From Pocillopora damicornis (Eukaryota): DNA of 64,000 nt. Numbering within the stretch: the first letter of the stretch is position 1; every line of letters starts with the position of its first letter. The notes under the pieces were generated by a model. That model was given only the letters and a program-made list of their open reading frames with translations. It did no database searches and was not told where the DNA came from. The translations under genes were made by a program, and so were the position numbers. This document shows, piece after piece, positions 11,801 to 22,989 of this stretch. The stretch is taken from assembly GCF_003704095.1 (NCBI RefSeq), contig NW_020843379.1, positions 310,001 to 374,000 on the forward strand. Reading direction: 5' to 3'.

Positions 11801-14800
11801 NNNNNNNNNNNNNNNNNNNNNNNNNNNTGAATGAAAAAAGAAAGCTCAACAGTTTCCACTTATAGTCATATGGTACATGAATTGATTACTGAGGTGGAGT
11901 AAAGCCATAGAGGGCTACAAATGCAATATCCGAGGTTCAAAATTGAATAAATCAAGATAGCCATTCTTAAAAATGAACTCAAAATGCCTTATTAAAATCA
12001 ATTGACACTGAATAACATTGATGTGCAAAATTTCAGTAAAACTACTGATAATAATGCTTTTCTTTTGGTTTAACATGTGACACAGTGAAATCATTCAAAC
12101 TACTCTAAAACGATAACATCAACAATAGCATGCTAGTTCAACATCAATTGTAGTCAGTTTCTTTTCCAAAAAGTCCTAATGATTACGTACCAATCGATTC
12201 CATCCTATTGAGCTTCCAGCCAAGCACTAGCTCACTTTGGGCTGGAAATGATTTTCTTCAACTCGATCAATAAACCGCTTAAAGGACTATACTCCGACTG
12301 CTGATATTTCTTATGTCTAGCAAGTAAAAAGACACTGATTGATATCAGCGAGCCCGTAATGTGACATATATAATGGTCAGCGGTTTTTTTAGTGCGACAG
12401 CTGTCACTTTAACATCTCAATGTGGATGTCCGCCACAACAACAATGCACTGAAGGAGTTAAACGATTGTATTGGAGGCTTATTACATTTAGGACTTTATT
12501 ACATTTAGGACCAAATGTTATTACATTTAGGACTTTATTACATTTAGGACAGTTATTACATTTAGGACTTCAACAACTGTCTCTAGGGGCACCAGAGTGA
12601 CCAGACCTTATATTCAGTATAACATGTGTGGCAGCGTTCAAATTGTTCCGTTTTCAGACTATGCAAAATTTGGTGATTTTACGCTGATATTTAAGTGCGC
12701 AAGCTTTCACTTCAAATTTCTAAATAAGGGGATCCCCTCTTACTTTCTTACGTGTATTTTAGGAAAATAATTTCTTTGTATTCAAACAAAGCACGTCGGC
12801 CGAGGGGTGAAGTTAAGCGGCAATAGCTTAGCACAAACGCTTTTCTGAAAATCATCTTTGGCTGAGGCTTTTAAAAGCTATATTTTGCAGCTCGGCAGTC
12901 TTCAGACAAACAAAAACATATACAGCACTTAAGCAGTCAACCGAGCTGTGATGCACTTCAAAGCTTTGAAATTGTTCTCGTTATTTCTATGATCAAAAAG
13001 AACATTTATGTATTCAAGAGAGTTAACTGCATGCCACTATTTTTGTTTTTGAATCTTCTTTCAAGGCTAACAAAATAAAGAAGATAATTGATATTGGTAG
13101 AGCCAATTCATACCTCCAAATATCACAGAGAATTCTTTGTAGTAAGAACCAAATAGATTGCTAGCCATCAAAGTTAAGTTTCCTTCTTCGTTGAATATAA
13201 GGGCTGCCGTACTTGTTATTCCTGTGAACAACACAGTGGAGTTCTTCATAATTGTTGTATTTAGAGGAAGTGTTCCATTCACGGAAAATTCCACTTCGTA
13301 GCCTGGTAAGGTTTCCACAACAGACGGTAAGGATACGCTGGGTGCAGCTAGAATAGAAATGTTGTACTGATAATTTACTAAGGCATGTAATCGATATACG
13401 GGAAACTCACTGCTGAGAGTGTTCCCCATGTTCCCTAATCGAGTGGCTATATGCCGGAATCAATTCTATAGTAAAAGTACTCATCATTTTGAACTATTGT
13501 ACGGAGAGAATTATTTTTGTCACACCTGATTTTTGAACATTCACCATTTGAAAAGCTGTAGTTAAGTTTTGCTTGAATTTTCTTTCTTTTTCATTTACAA
13601 TTAATTAGTGATACTCATTGGGCCTTAAGTCTCATCCAATTTCAAACGGGAGACTATCGTTCCGAGTTCCCAATGAAAATTTCGAATCATGTGTCTAAGT
13701 GTTTACTGAAGGTAGAAAAAGAGAGATTGGCAAGTATGGAATCGGATTTCCTTTTCCTTAAAGCCATGTACCCAGTAACTATAACGATTTTGTAAGGCCC
13801 CTGACCTTAGTGCTATATGAAGTGCTGTAGTGTGAGATACTGATCTCAAAACAACTCCGCGTGAAAAACAGACAGAGAGCAAATGGCGCAATTGATTAAC
13901 CACAGTGAAGACTTTGCCGCAGTATTCGGTCCCTATCTCATACCTACCAAAGGAAACATTTCTTAAAAGGAAGGAGAATCCTCTACGCTGAACATAACTG
14001 TCAGAATGGAATGTTATCAAGACATAGTCCCCACTAACTGTAACTTCACGTCCAGAAATCTTTCCACAGTAGCGTCCAGATACAAGCCCTTTTTCGTTAG
14101 AAATCTCAACAAAGTCATATCTACAAAGAAGGAAGTAATAGTTTTAAGTCATGCTTGTACCGAGGGAGCAGAATGAAAGTAAACGAACATACAGACAAAC
14201 GCTACGAGCAAGCCAAAAATTTTTGGAAACAAATGCTTAACTGACTAAAGTATATCTAAACAAAACGTTATTGAATAAGGCCATCTCAGCACGGCTATGT
14301 TGTTTTCAGTCGGCTGGCGACTTTATCGACGCGAGCAACAGAAGCTCATACCATGTACAATTTCGTGGCGCTACCACGCTCGTGAGAGTCTGGGGAAAGT
14401 ACGTATCTCACCAAAGATGGCGGATCAATTGAGATGGACTCTTGTAGGGTTAACGGCTAATTTTGTGCTGGATATTTACAGCAGAATAGCCCATCAATCA
14501 ATCATATGCTTCACAATACATCTTCAAGCTCGCCATAGTGTCACCCTGATTCAGTACTTACACACACTCGGAGTGGTACTCCACGTCAAAATCCTCGAAA
14601 TAGATTTCTAATGCCACACCGTGTGGAATGGAAACTAAATGATTACAATCCACATTGTTGGGATAGTCACTTGGATATCCAGGACTTACCAATGAATCAT
14701 TTATCAAGATCCCACACCCTGACGAAATGAGAAGTATGTTTAATTACTTAGTTTTCTTTTTTTGTTGGAAAGGTATAAACAAGACCAACTACAAAACTCC

Positions 14801-16554
14801 TATGTTTTATAGTCCTATGTTTTCCTATGTTTCTCGTTAATACAACGCCATTAAAAAAAGTCAGCCTAATAACTATTTACCCTTTAAAACTCGACAGGGT
14901 ATGAATCCGTGGTTCGCAGATTCCCATAACGAGCCTTGGCCGCCCACCATCTACTCGAGGCGTTAACTCCTGACAGTTATACTTATGGCTTTATTGAATT
15001 TTGTTGGATCAAATCAATTAGCACGTCTAATATACAGAACCTCAAGAAGAAGGAACGAATATAGTGTGTGAAGCATACGAAAAGTTCCACAACCATAACG
15101 CACCGATCCCAACGCACTACCTCAGGGAATGCTTGGCTTAATCCTTAAAGAAAATTCGTTTCAATTCAATGAGGAGAACTTCCTCCAAACACATGGAACC
15201 GCTATGGGTGCGAAAATTAAAGTGTCATTTACCTATACTTTCATGGCGGAAATTGAAACGAAATTAATCCAATGATGCGAAACCAAGCTAAGAGAATGGA
15301 AACGTTACATTGATGACGTTTTCTCCCTTTGGGATTGTGACAGAAAAGAGGTAGATCGGTTTATTTAACGAGCTAACTATTTCCATCCTACTATCAAATT
15401 CACGGCCGAAATATCAGAGATCCAAGTCACTTTCCTCGATACCACAGTGTTTAAGGAGGAAAGACTCGCAAAAGATTCCATTTTGGACATCAATACCCAT
15501 TACAAGCCGACTGAGACCTTCCAATTTACCTACTTCACCACGTGCGACCCACCAGGCGTAAAATATGGTTTCATCAAAGGCGAAGCAATAAGATTTCTTG
15601 GAACTAATGCTTCGAAAGAAACATTTAAGAGGGCCTTTTGAAATTCAAACAACACTTCAAAGCAAGAGGGTACCCAGAAAACATTATAGAAAGGTCTCTG
15701 TCAGGGGTCAACTTTGCCTCTAGACAATCGGCTCTTACACATAGACAAAAGCCAAAAGGTCATGAACGTTTATTGCCTTTTGTCACAACGTTCACCCGGC
15801 AGTTAAAAATTTAAAACAAATATTGATCGAATATTGGAGTCTGATACACAATCTGCCCCTGCTGAAAACAATTTTTACAAAACTTCCGATCATCTCTTAC
15901 AAAAAGGGAAAATCCCTTAAAGACACGCTTGTGAGAGCAAAAATATAATTTGAAGGGGATAATGCGACGCGACGGCAAAAGCCACATGGGGAGTCCGAGC
16001 CAGTCTTAACCTTTATTCCCTCAACGGGTTTCATGAAATAAAAACCCTCAGCAGATCTTGAAATAGGATACTTCAAAAAAAAAATTTCCATCCCCAGAAA
16101 ATAATCAAATGAAGTAAAATGAAATAAAGTTAGAAAATATTCTGTGCCGTGTATTTCTTGACAGATCAGAACGAAGTTTAAGTCCAGCAGGAACTTCGCG
16201 CTTCTTAGAAAATCAATAGAAATCTTCCTTTACACAATTTAAGAGAATAATACGGATTGAGCGACTCGACCGACTGAACTAAGAAGCCACATGTTTTCAG
16301 GCAAATAAATTTTATGAGGTTTTTCAATAACTCCCTATTTCCCCTGAAGAATACCTTTATTAAAACAAAACGATAACTCAAAACATGTGATGACGTCTTT
16401 TTTTTCTGTTTCCTTCAAAGTGATAGGAACATTTTCTTTGCTCACCTTGTGTTGCTAAGGCACCAAAATTTCGAATTCCATTAGATGTTAGCAAATATAT
16501 CACCAAAAACAGTGTTAAGCTGCAGGCAGATTCAACATGCTCCATTGCAACCAT
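2016..16554 (-). CDS. Spliced gene for an extracellular/receptor protein: signal peptide-CUB-Ig-like-LRRNT-multiple LRR; 3' end not resolved
   Basis: Phase-compatible GT-AG exons: 16554-16446 (MVAMEHVESACSLTLFLVIYLLTSNGIRNFGALATQ, hydrophobic signal), 14718-14562 and 14120-13948 (CUB), 13347-13114 (Ig-like). Then 6399-6310 (LRRNT-like) and LRR exons 5611 down to 2016. A short phase 1-to-2 linker exon between 13114 and 6399 was not securely found. Confidence 0.75.
6310..6399 (-). CDS. LRR N-terminal cap-like exon of the CUB-Ig-LRR gene
   Basis: ctctag|...|gtaag, 90 nt, phase 2-2, open frame LSYYGGNSLSCVNVTVMQISPCLVQTIETL; ends in the same ct|gtaag junction as most LRR exons. Confidence 0.65.
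6628..6773 (-). repeat. tRNA-derived SINE-like fragment nested just inside the left TIR
   Basis: Minus strand reads ggcttgttagctcaattggtagagcgctgcaccggtatcgcagaggt (Pol III A-box/D-arm-like), interrupted by Ns. Confidence 0.55.
8710..9640 (+). mobile_element. Degenerate Penelope-like RT fragments (plus strand 8710-9268; RT C-terminal/3' piece inverted at ~9412-9640)
   Basis: PPRIPIF..SKIHK.TPVGRP..GCDGPSEKISSFV.TLLQPI and ILVSMD...IPQEEGTNIVCEAYEKF; multiple stops and frameshifts; ~165-bp insertion at ~8930-9095. Confidence 0.8.
10450..10796 (-). mobile_element. Inverted, diverged copy of the Penelope-like RT fragment
   Basis: Reverse complement matches 8935-9268, including the same non-RT insertion. 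Confidence 0.8.
10798..11200 (+). mobile_element. Ty3/Gypsy LTR retrotransposon relic: PBS-like site and gag N-terminus
   Basis: TGGCGACG PBS-like motif at 10813. From 10898: MPNEASNVNTSQAIGKV...DWELYTEQLGFYFPVNGIAEAKTKKAVL*TNLSAENYQLTKNLVAP, typical of invertebrate Gypsy gag; in-frame stop and truncation. Confidence 0.7.
12478..12570 (+). repeat. Five subterminal TTATTACATTTAGGAC repeats at the right end of the TIR element
   Basis: Directly visible; two inverted copies at 6590-6626. Confidence 0.9.
13114..13347 (-). CDS. Ig-like domain exon (phase 1-1, 234 nt) of the CUB-Ig-LRR gene
   Basis: APSVSLPSVVETLPGYEVEFSVNGTLPLNTTI...NEEGNLTLMASNLFGSYYKEFSVIF: I-set-like pattern, canonical splice sites. 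Confidence 0.75.
13948..14718 (-). CDS. CUB domain (exons 14718-14562 and 14120-13948)
   Basis: CGILINDSLVSPGYPSDYPNNVDC...FEDFDVEYHSECVYDFVEI...GRYCGK...LITFHSDSYVQRRGF: all hallmark CUB motifs; phases 1-2 and 2-1 are compatible. Confidence 0.9.
15028..16000 (+). mobile_element. 5'-truncated degenerate Penelope-like RT, intronic and antisense to the host gene
   Basis: PQEEGTNIVCEAY, NSFQFNEENFLQTHGTAMG, WKRYIDDVFSLW, TFLDT, HYKPTETFQF, ending KGKSLKDTLVRAKI*; several stops and frameshifts. Confidence 0.85.
16446..16554 (-). CDS. First coding exon (signal peptide) of the CUB-Ig-LRR gene
   Basis: Acceptor ttcag gives exon start 16559, ATG at 16554, hydrophobic LTLFLVIYLL, donor g|gtgag in phase 1 matching the CUB exon. 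Confidence 0.75.
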
Positions 16555-17758
16555 AGTTTCTGAAAATTGAACGGAGTATAAAAAAAGGTATTCAATTACT
16601 ACCAGATTGATCTTATCCTATTTTCATCAATGATATAGGTATTCATACTAACATATATATTGCATAGAAGTACCATACTGATTCCTTTTTCATTATTGTG
16701 TATAGTTTCTTTGATTTTAGAGCGCATTTTTTAAGCACGTTCGGGCGTAATTAAACTACTAAAAGCCCGATCAAACTTCAAAAAGTTTACAGAAGTTTAT
16801 GTTGACGGCGTCATCTCGTTATCCAAGATTTTATTTTTGGAGGCCATATGATATTCAGCGACATAAAAATAATTATTTTTCCAATGGTTATTTTTTTACG
16901 AACAAATACCAGACACAGGACGTTGCAATGGTATAACCAGGAGCCATTACTGAAAATAACTATTACAGAATTGGGCTCCTGGTATAATACTTTTGGTTTC
17001 ACAACGGCCACTCGTATGTCTCAACATGGAAGACCTTGTTTATCAGCTCTAAATCTAAATATTTTGGGGGTATGCTCCTACTGCGTAAGCCCCCGTGGTG
17101 ACTAAGCTTAAAAATAATATTGATCCTACTCATCAAAATGGGCCTAAAACTTATGTGCTGATTAAACGATTATAGATTTAAAAAAAGGGGACATTTTTCG
17201 AGCGATTTGTGTATCAGCCGTTTGTGCATTTTTCCATGTATTTGATACTTTCTGATAGAAACAAAAACTCCTCCCTGTTTTCGATATGAAAATGCATTTT
17301 CGGTATTTGTCTCTTCGATTGATATCCTTCAGAGGTGACGCACAAGTTACAAGTGGAAAACTTGTGTAAAACTCGGTTTCGCATGTTTTTTTTTTCCTCA
17401 AAAGAAAAGGTATTTTGGAAAATCTCATAAACACAAAGTCAAAGATGAAGCACATTTTCTCCTTTGAAACGACCTTGCATCTGTGTCAAAATGCATTTGA
17501 AAATTTCAGTTCTTACTTATGAAGCTTCTTCGGCGGGCATTAATCGCGCAACCAAATCCGAACATACCTTCCATCCACAAAAGTTGAGTTATAGCGTAAA
17601 TGGCTTTTTTAGGTTAAAGCTCTTTATGCAGACTCAATTGTTGTTCGGATATCATGTCTTCGAAACCGATTAAAAACGCCGCAAAAACTACTGCAAATAC
17701 ATTATTTTCAACTTAAATCAAACTGAGGAAAGAAATATTTTATACCCAATATTCTTAC

Positions 17759-17837
17759 CTCACTGCTGTTGCATGGCGTATCGTTTTGATCAGAAATGTC
17801 CTTTTGCGTAACCAATGATCTCTCTTCTATATTTATA
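17759..17837 (-). promoter_or_regulatory. Possible TATA box and short non-coding first exon of the CUB-Ig-LRR gene
   Basis: Minus-strand TATAAAT at 17837-17831, then a strong donor gag|gtaaga ~70 nt downstream; the ATG exon has its own acceptor, so a 5'UTR exon is implied. Confidence 0.3.
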
Positions 17838-17879
17838 AGTCAGGTAAAAACTAAGAATTAGGTTCCCCGTTGTTCTCTT

Positions 17880-20020
17880 TTAGTCCTAAGAGCCTAATAC
17901 CAACCACGCTATTATTAGATTGGAACTTCTATGATTTCGTACATTGTCATCCATCTGGTGTACAAAAGGCCAAATTGACCTATTTCGCGAGATAAAAACT
18001 TGCCTCTAAAAATGAAAATTCACAGTGTGAGCCATTGTTCTTGACAAAATAATATCCTATCTTACCAAAAATACTTTTCCCTGTTCTAATTTCCTTAGGC
18101 TGCTTCTGACATGAATTGCAACTGATGAATAGTATAGCTCCTTCCAGGAAACTTCATATGTGCTCCCACTTGAATTAAGCTACGTCAGAAGGGAGGGCAA
18201 AAATTGGATAGTACCACACATCTACTATTGCGCTATGACTCTCTCAATTTAAAACTGAAAGGCCATTTTACCTTTACTTTGCCGCCAAAAAAGCCATGGG
18301 AAGATAAAGGCTCCAAAATTAAGGGGGTAAGTTTCTAAAGAAACCGTGGTGCTGCGTCGGTGGGAGAGTATAGCAGGTAATTTAGTGTTAACAACTGCGT
18401 TGAAAACGTAAATTCGCCACCGTAAAGGCTAAAAAAAAAGCAGCTGACGTTTCGAGCGTTAGCCCTTCGTCTGAGCGATTGAAAAAATAGTTCCAGAGCT
18501 CCCAAAATTAATTTTTTCCTTTTTAATGAAGACTCCTGATTTACTAATATGTAAGTTGAACTTCCCAGAGCTGAACTTTTAATTTGCAATTGTGTTTGGG
18601 CACAAAAGCAATATCTCTGAGTATCACCAATTTCTCATTTTAATGAACATTTGAAATCTTACAAATATGGGCCGGCAAACTGCGCGACCATTGGGATGAC
18701 AAAGAGTAAGTTGAAAGTGATCGGTCCAAAAGCGATATTTATTTTTCATCTAAAATGAAATATTCACAATGTGAATCGTATTGCTTATCATATTATATTA
18801 TATCGCTGGCAATGCTTGTGGGCAATATGAAGCGAATCCTGTGTTCTGATGGGTTATCCTCCTAAAGTCCTAAAAGCCTATGGACGACAGCGCCATTATT
18901 AGATTTGAACTCATATAATTCAGCACATTGTCAGGCATCTGGCGAACAAAATGCCAAATTGACGTTTTTCGCCTCTTTAGGTCGCGAGATAAAACTCGCA
19001 CCTTAAAAAGAGAAATCACAACGTGAGCCATTGTTCATGACGAAGTTAAACTACTGTTTTGCCAAAAATATGTTTGCCTCATTTCCCTACGCAGCTGCCG
19101 ACATGAATTGCAACTAATCCTGATGAATAGTAATCTCCTCCCACATATCTACTCCCAATTCAAGCGGCTACAACAGAAAGGAGAACAGAAATCGTGTGAT
19201 GTCAAACATCCTTTAATTATGAACCTTTCACACTCTAAACCATAACATAAAAAATTTCTTTGCATTTGTGAAAGCTTCTTTCAAAATGCAATAGTACCGT
19301 TTTCCCTTTTCAGGGAAATCTCACTGACACCATTCCATAATTTTGCACAGATCGGACTGAAGATTTCTTTCATGAAAGAATACATTGGCCAGAAACTAAT
19401 ATCCATTGAGTTAAAGTTAAACTCATCAATTTTCAACAAAGGCCATTTTACCTTTTATTAGCGCTACTTGCCGCCAAATATGCCACAGGAAGATAAAGAT
19501 ACACAAAATTAATGATGTTCTTTTTTCAATTAGAACTCTTAGTTTGCCTGGATGTAAGGGAAACTTTCCAGAGCTGAACTTTCGCAGTGTGTCACAGGGT
19601 GATTTAGTATTATTATTCAACTTCCATACACTATACGAATTCTGATTTTCTGGGTTGTGACAAAACAACCTCCTTGACATCATCATCGTGGTGTAATAGC
19701 CGTGGTGTAAATTCAACACACCACTGTCATTACACAATGGCTTCGACTGACTCAAAGTTTGACGATTTGTCAGATGTAGGCATTGATTCTCTTATTGATG
19801 ATTCAATTCCTAAAAGACACCAAGAAAGCAACTGCGTGGGGAATATCTGTTTTGAAAGTTAGCATTGCGAATTTTAAATTTACCATTGGGATGACAAAGA
19901 GCAATTTCAACAAACGTTAAGCATCTGGCGAAAAAATTGGATAAATTTGCCATACCGAAGTGATTGGATTTTCATCTAAATCAGTTACTCACAGTGTGAT
20001 TCACATTGCTTATCAAATTG
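17880..20020. repeat. Diverged local tandem duplication (~17880-18790 and ~18860-20020)
   Basis: Colinear shared blocks: agtcctaa.agcct, attattagatt.gaact, gccaaattgac, gtgagccattgttc, gacatgaattgcaact, aaaggccattttacctt, accattgggatgacaaagag. Confidence 0.75.
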
Positions 20021-22185
20021 TTGTACTCATTGTCATTCCCAGATTCCATCGGTTTCTGAGCCCTAGTTTGATGAAAAAGATTGTAACTGAGACCAGACTG
20101 CTTCACGGTTCTTTTGGAAAATTCCATATCTGTTCTAAAAAAACAAAAAGAGCTCTTTCCATCCCCTTTCTTGTCTTATACCCACTCGGTGAACAATTCT
20201 AAATCCACTGTCCGCTCATCTCACAGCGAGTGAAATATCAATATAAAAATTCAGCTGAATCTATTTGAAACAGTTTCAAAACTTTGCACTCCAATTTTCG
20301 TACAAGTTAAAGTGATTTTAGGGGATAATTAAGAAGTGTTTAACGACAGTACAAGATTAATTTTTAAAACAATTTTTCATGCAGCCTTTTTCCAAACTTC
20401 TTGTCCACGGCAACACAAGAAAAGAAAGAACTTCTATTTTGAAAGGCTAACCCCAAAAAGAGATTTTTCAATAAGTTTAACTATTTCAAATCACGGCTGG
20501 ACAGGAATTTCAAAATCTACATTTACCCAAAATAGCTATTCACTGACTTATACAGTTCGATTATGTTCAAAGGAATTCAAGTCCTGCGAGCCAAAGTATG
20601 CTTTTTTTGCAAAGCGAGGTCATTCACAAAACTCCAGGTACATACTTACGCTAAATTTCCGCTGCCAAGATTGTTCAAAAACCTCCAGCCAGCTTGTTTC
20701 ACCAACTTCATCGTGTTCCGTCGAATTGCAGCTGCGACTGGATTGATAGAACGTTGCAAGGGTAAACCACACCTGAGATTTTGACGACGAAGAAAGTTGC
20801 TATGCACGCTTGAATAGCTGCATGTTTTGAATAGCCTTTTGAAATTTGTCAAAGAGTTTCCCAGTTTTTGCTCTCGCTGAAGGGACCTGTTTACTCTTCC
20901 ACCCTTGTGAAAATTAACAAAAATGCTTCACCCTTTGATGGAATTCTAAATTAAGCTTTCTAGTGTTTTTCTTTGCCAATTTTCCTGTCCCGTTTGAATG
21001 TTGTTGCTTTCAAGTCATGTGTGTATGGGTTTCTAACCCGAGCTTTTTTTTCGCGCGCTTCGCTTCGGCCTCGCTTTCAAGCCACAAATCTGCTCTCAAT
21101 ATTTCGTCTGGGTAGACTGGGTACTCAATCAGCTGGCGAGAATTCTTATAATTATGCAACTCTTAAAAATGGACAAAAGGCCAACAGCGTAATGTTTCCT
21201 ATTATTGCAGTATTTGTATTACAAACTATTTCGAACGGGTATATAGATTCTTCATGTTATACTCCTTAAAGATACAGGAGACAAATGCGAGGGAATATAA
21301 ACAGTTTATATTACTTTGACAAACTTCAATGATGAGAAGTTTTAATTTTCCGATGATTCTTAGATACTCTACAATTTTGACAACAACGTTAAACTTATCC
21401 TTGAATATATTTTTTTTTAATTTTAGAAAAGTTGCTGATCTACAAAGACTAAAACCTATACAGAAAACCAAGGATTTCTGGAAGTGTGGGCGCATATCAG
21501 TCGATGTCAGTCCTCCAGACTACCGCCAAAATTTCGTCAATCTGTCAAATAAAATTAAGTAGTGGGCAGCCATCTGGAACGTGCCGCCATAACATCAGCA
21601 GCAGCACTCTTTATGCAAATAACTGAATCATTGACTATCCAGTGATTCCGGTATCAACTGCATCTGAAGGCAATAACACCCTTAAGTTCACAAGATAACT
21701 TGCTTTGTGTCATAAGCTATAATGGTTATCTTTACTTCAACACACATATTTTTTATTCTTAGGGGAAAATGTCGTCAGTTCAAACAATTTATCACGTTGG
21801 TTTTTATGCATTAATTATTAGAGGGTATTGTTTTGGAGATCTTGTTAGGACAAAGTGGGACATAGTTGTCCTATGTAGCGTTTTGTTTTACTTTCCCTGT
21901 GTTCGTTACCGAAGAACTCTACATAATGCACTCTTGAAAGTCTAAATTCGGAGTTGAAATGGTAAAATTTCCGCACAGCCCCATACTATTGTAAAATAAA
22001 TCTGTTTTCCCAATGGCAATGTATTGTTTTAGTCATTGTTTTCTCTATTCAAGAACTGAATGCATAATGAAGTATGGGGCTGTGCGGAAATTTTACCGCA
22101 TTGAATAGAGATAAAGGCGGAACTCTCTCTTTCTCCAAAGGAACCATGAACATTTCTCAATAATCTGTCTTTGAGTTCCAAAACC

Positions 22186-22989
22186 CTAAGCCCCAATATT
22201 AGGACAAGGATCTGTGTTGCAAGCTTGTGTTTCTTCAAAGGGTCCTTCGCAATCTTTACCTCCATTCGCTGGGGCTGGTTGTGAACAATTACGATTTTTG
22301 GCTTGGACGCCAGAGCCACAAGTCTTGCTACAACTTCCGAACTCAGACCAGTTCGTGAACCCGCCATTTACCGCGCAGGGTGCAGTGTTGCACTCTTCAA
22401 CCTCATCCACTGGACCCTCGCAGTTTTTTCCACCATGAGCCGGCGGTGGATTCGAACACGTTCGCGTTCGTCTCTTAACACCCGATCCGCATGATTTATC
22501 GCAGTCGCCAAAATTTCCCCAATTGGTAAACCCACCGTCGACAGGACATGGTTTCACGTTGCAGACCCCACTTTCCTCGTCGGCGCCTTCGCAAGGTGCT
22601 CCATCGTATTGCGGACTTGGATTTGTACAAGACCTCTTCCTTTTCTTGACACCGTCATTTCCACACGTTGTGGAACACTCGCCAAAGTCACCCCAATTTG
22701 TGAATCCCCCATCTATGGGACATTCCTTAATCTTACAATTTTCTTCTTCCTTTGGTTGCCCAAGGCTTTGTTTAAGACACGTCTGGCCGAATCTGCCGGG
22801 GACAGGATTCGCACAATCTCTAGTTCTGAAGCGAATTCCGTCGCCGCAATCACTCGAACAAACGCTCCAGTCCGACCAAGGAGTGTATCCTCCATTCAAT
22901 GTTGTTCTTTTTACTACGTAAAACAATGGAATAGCTGTGCCACAGACCAAAACTACAAATAGAGGTAACCTTGAACGACCAAAAGCCAT
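22186..22989 (-). CDS. Intronless protein with N-terminal signal/anchor and four thrombospondin type-1 repeats (ectin/coadhesin/hemicentin-like TSRs)
   Basis: 267-aa ORF; hydrophobic LPLFVVLVCGTAIPLFYVV; four repeats of GG(Y/F)T.W..(W/F)..C...CG.G...R.R.C..P.P...G..C. Confidence 0.93.
   Translation of the reverse strand: MAFGRSRLPLFVVLVCGTAIPLFYVVKRTTLNGGYTPWSDWSVCSSDCGDGIRFRTRDCANPVPGRFGQTCLKQSLGQPKEEENCKIKECPIDGGFTNWGDFGECSTTCGNDGVKKRKRSCTNPSPQYDGAPCEGADEESGVCNVKPCPVDGGFTNWGNFGDCDKSCGSGVKRRTRTCSNPPPAHGGKNCEGPVDEVEECNTAPCAVNGGFTNWSEFGSCSKTCGSGVQAKNRNCSQPAPANGGKDCEGPFEETQACNTDPCPNIGA

Larger units (their letters stand above)
6580..12575. mobile_element. ~6-kb non-autonomous/composite TIR element with TG...CA ends and 5-bp TSD, in an intron of the LRR gene
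   Basis: Left end TGTTGAAGCCCTAAATGTAATAAC (6580); right end GTTATTACATTTAGGACTTCAACA (12575); ACTGT flanks both sides (6575-6579 and 12576-12580); subterminal TTATTACATTTAGGAC repeats. Confidence 0.8.
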
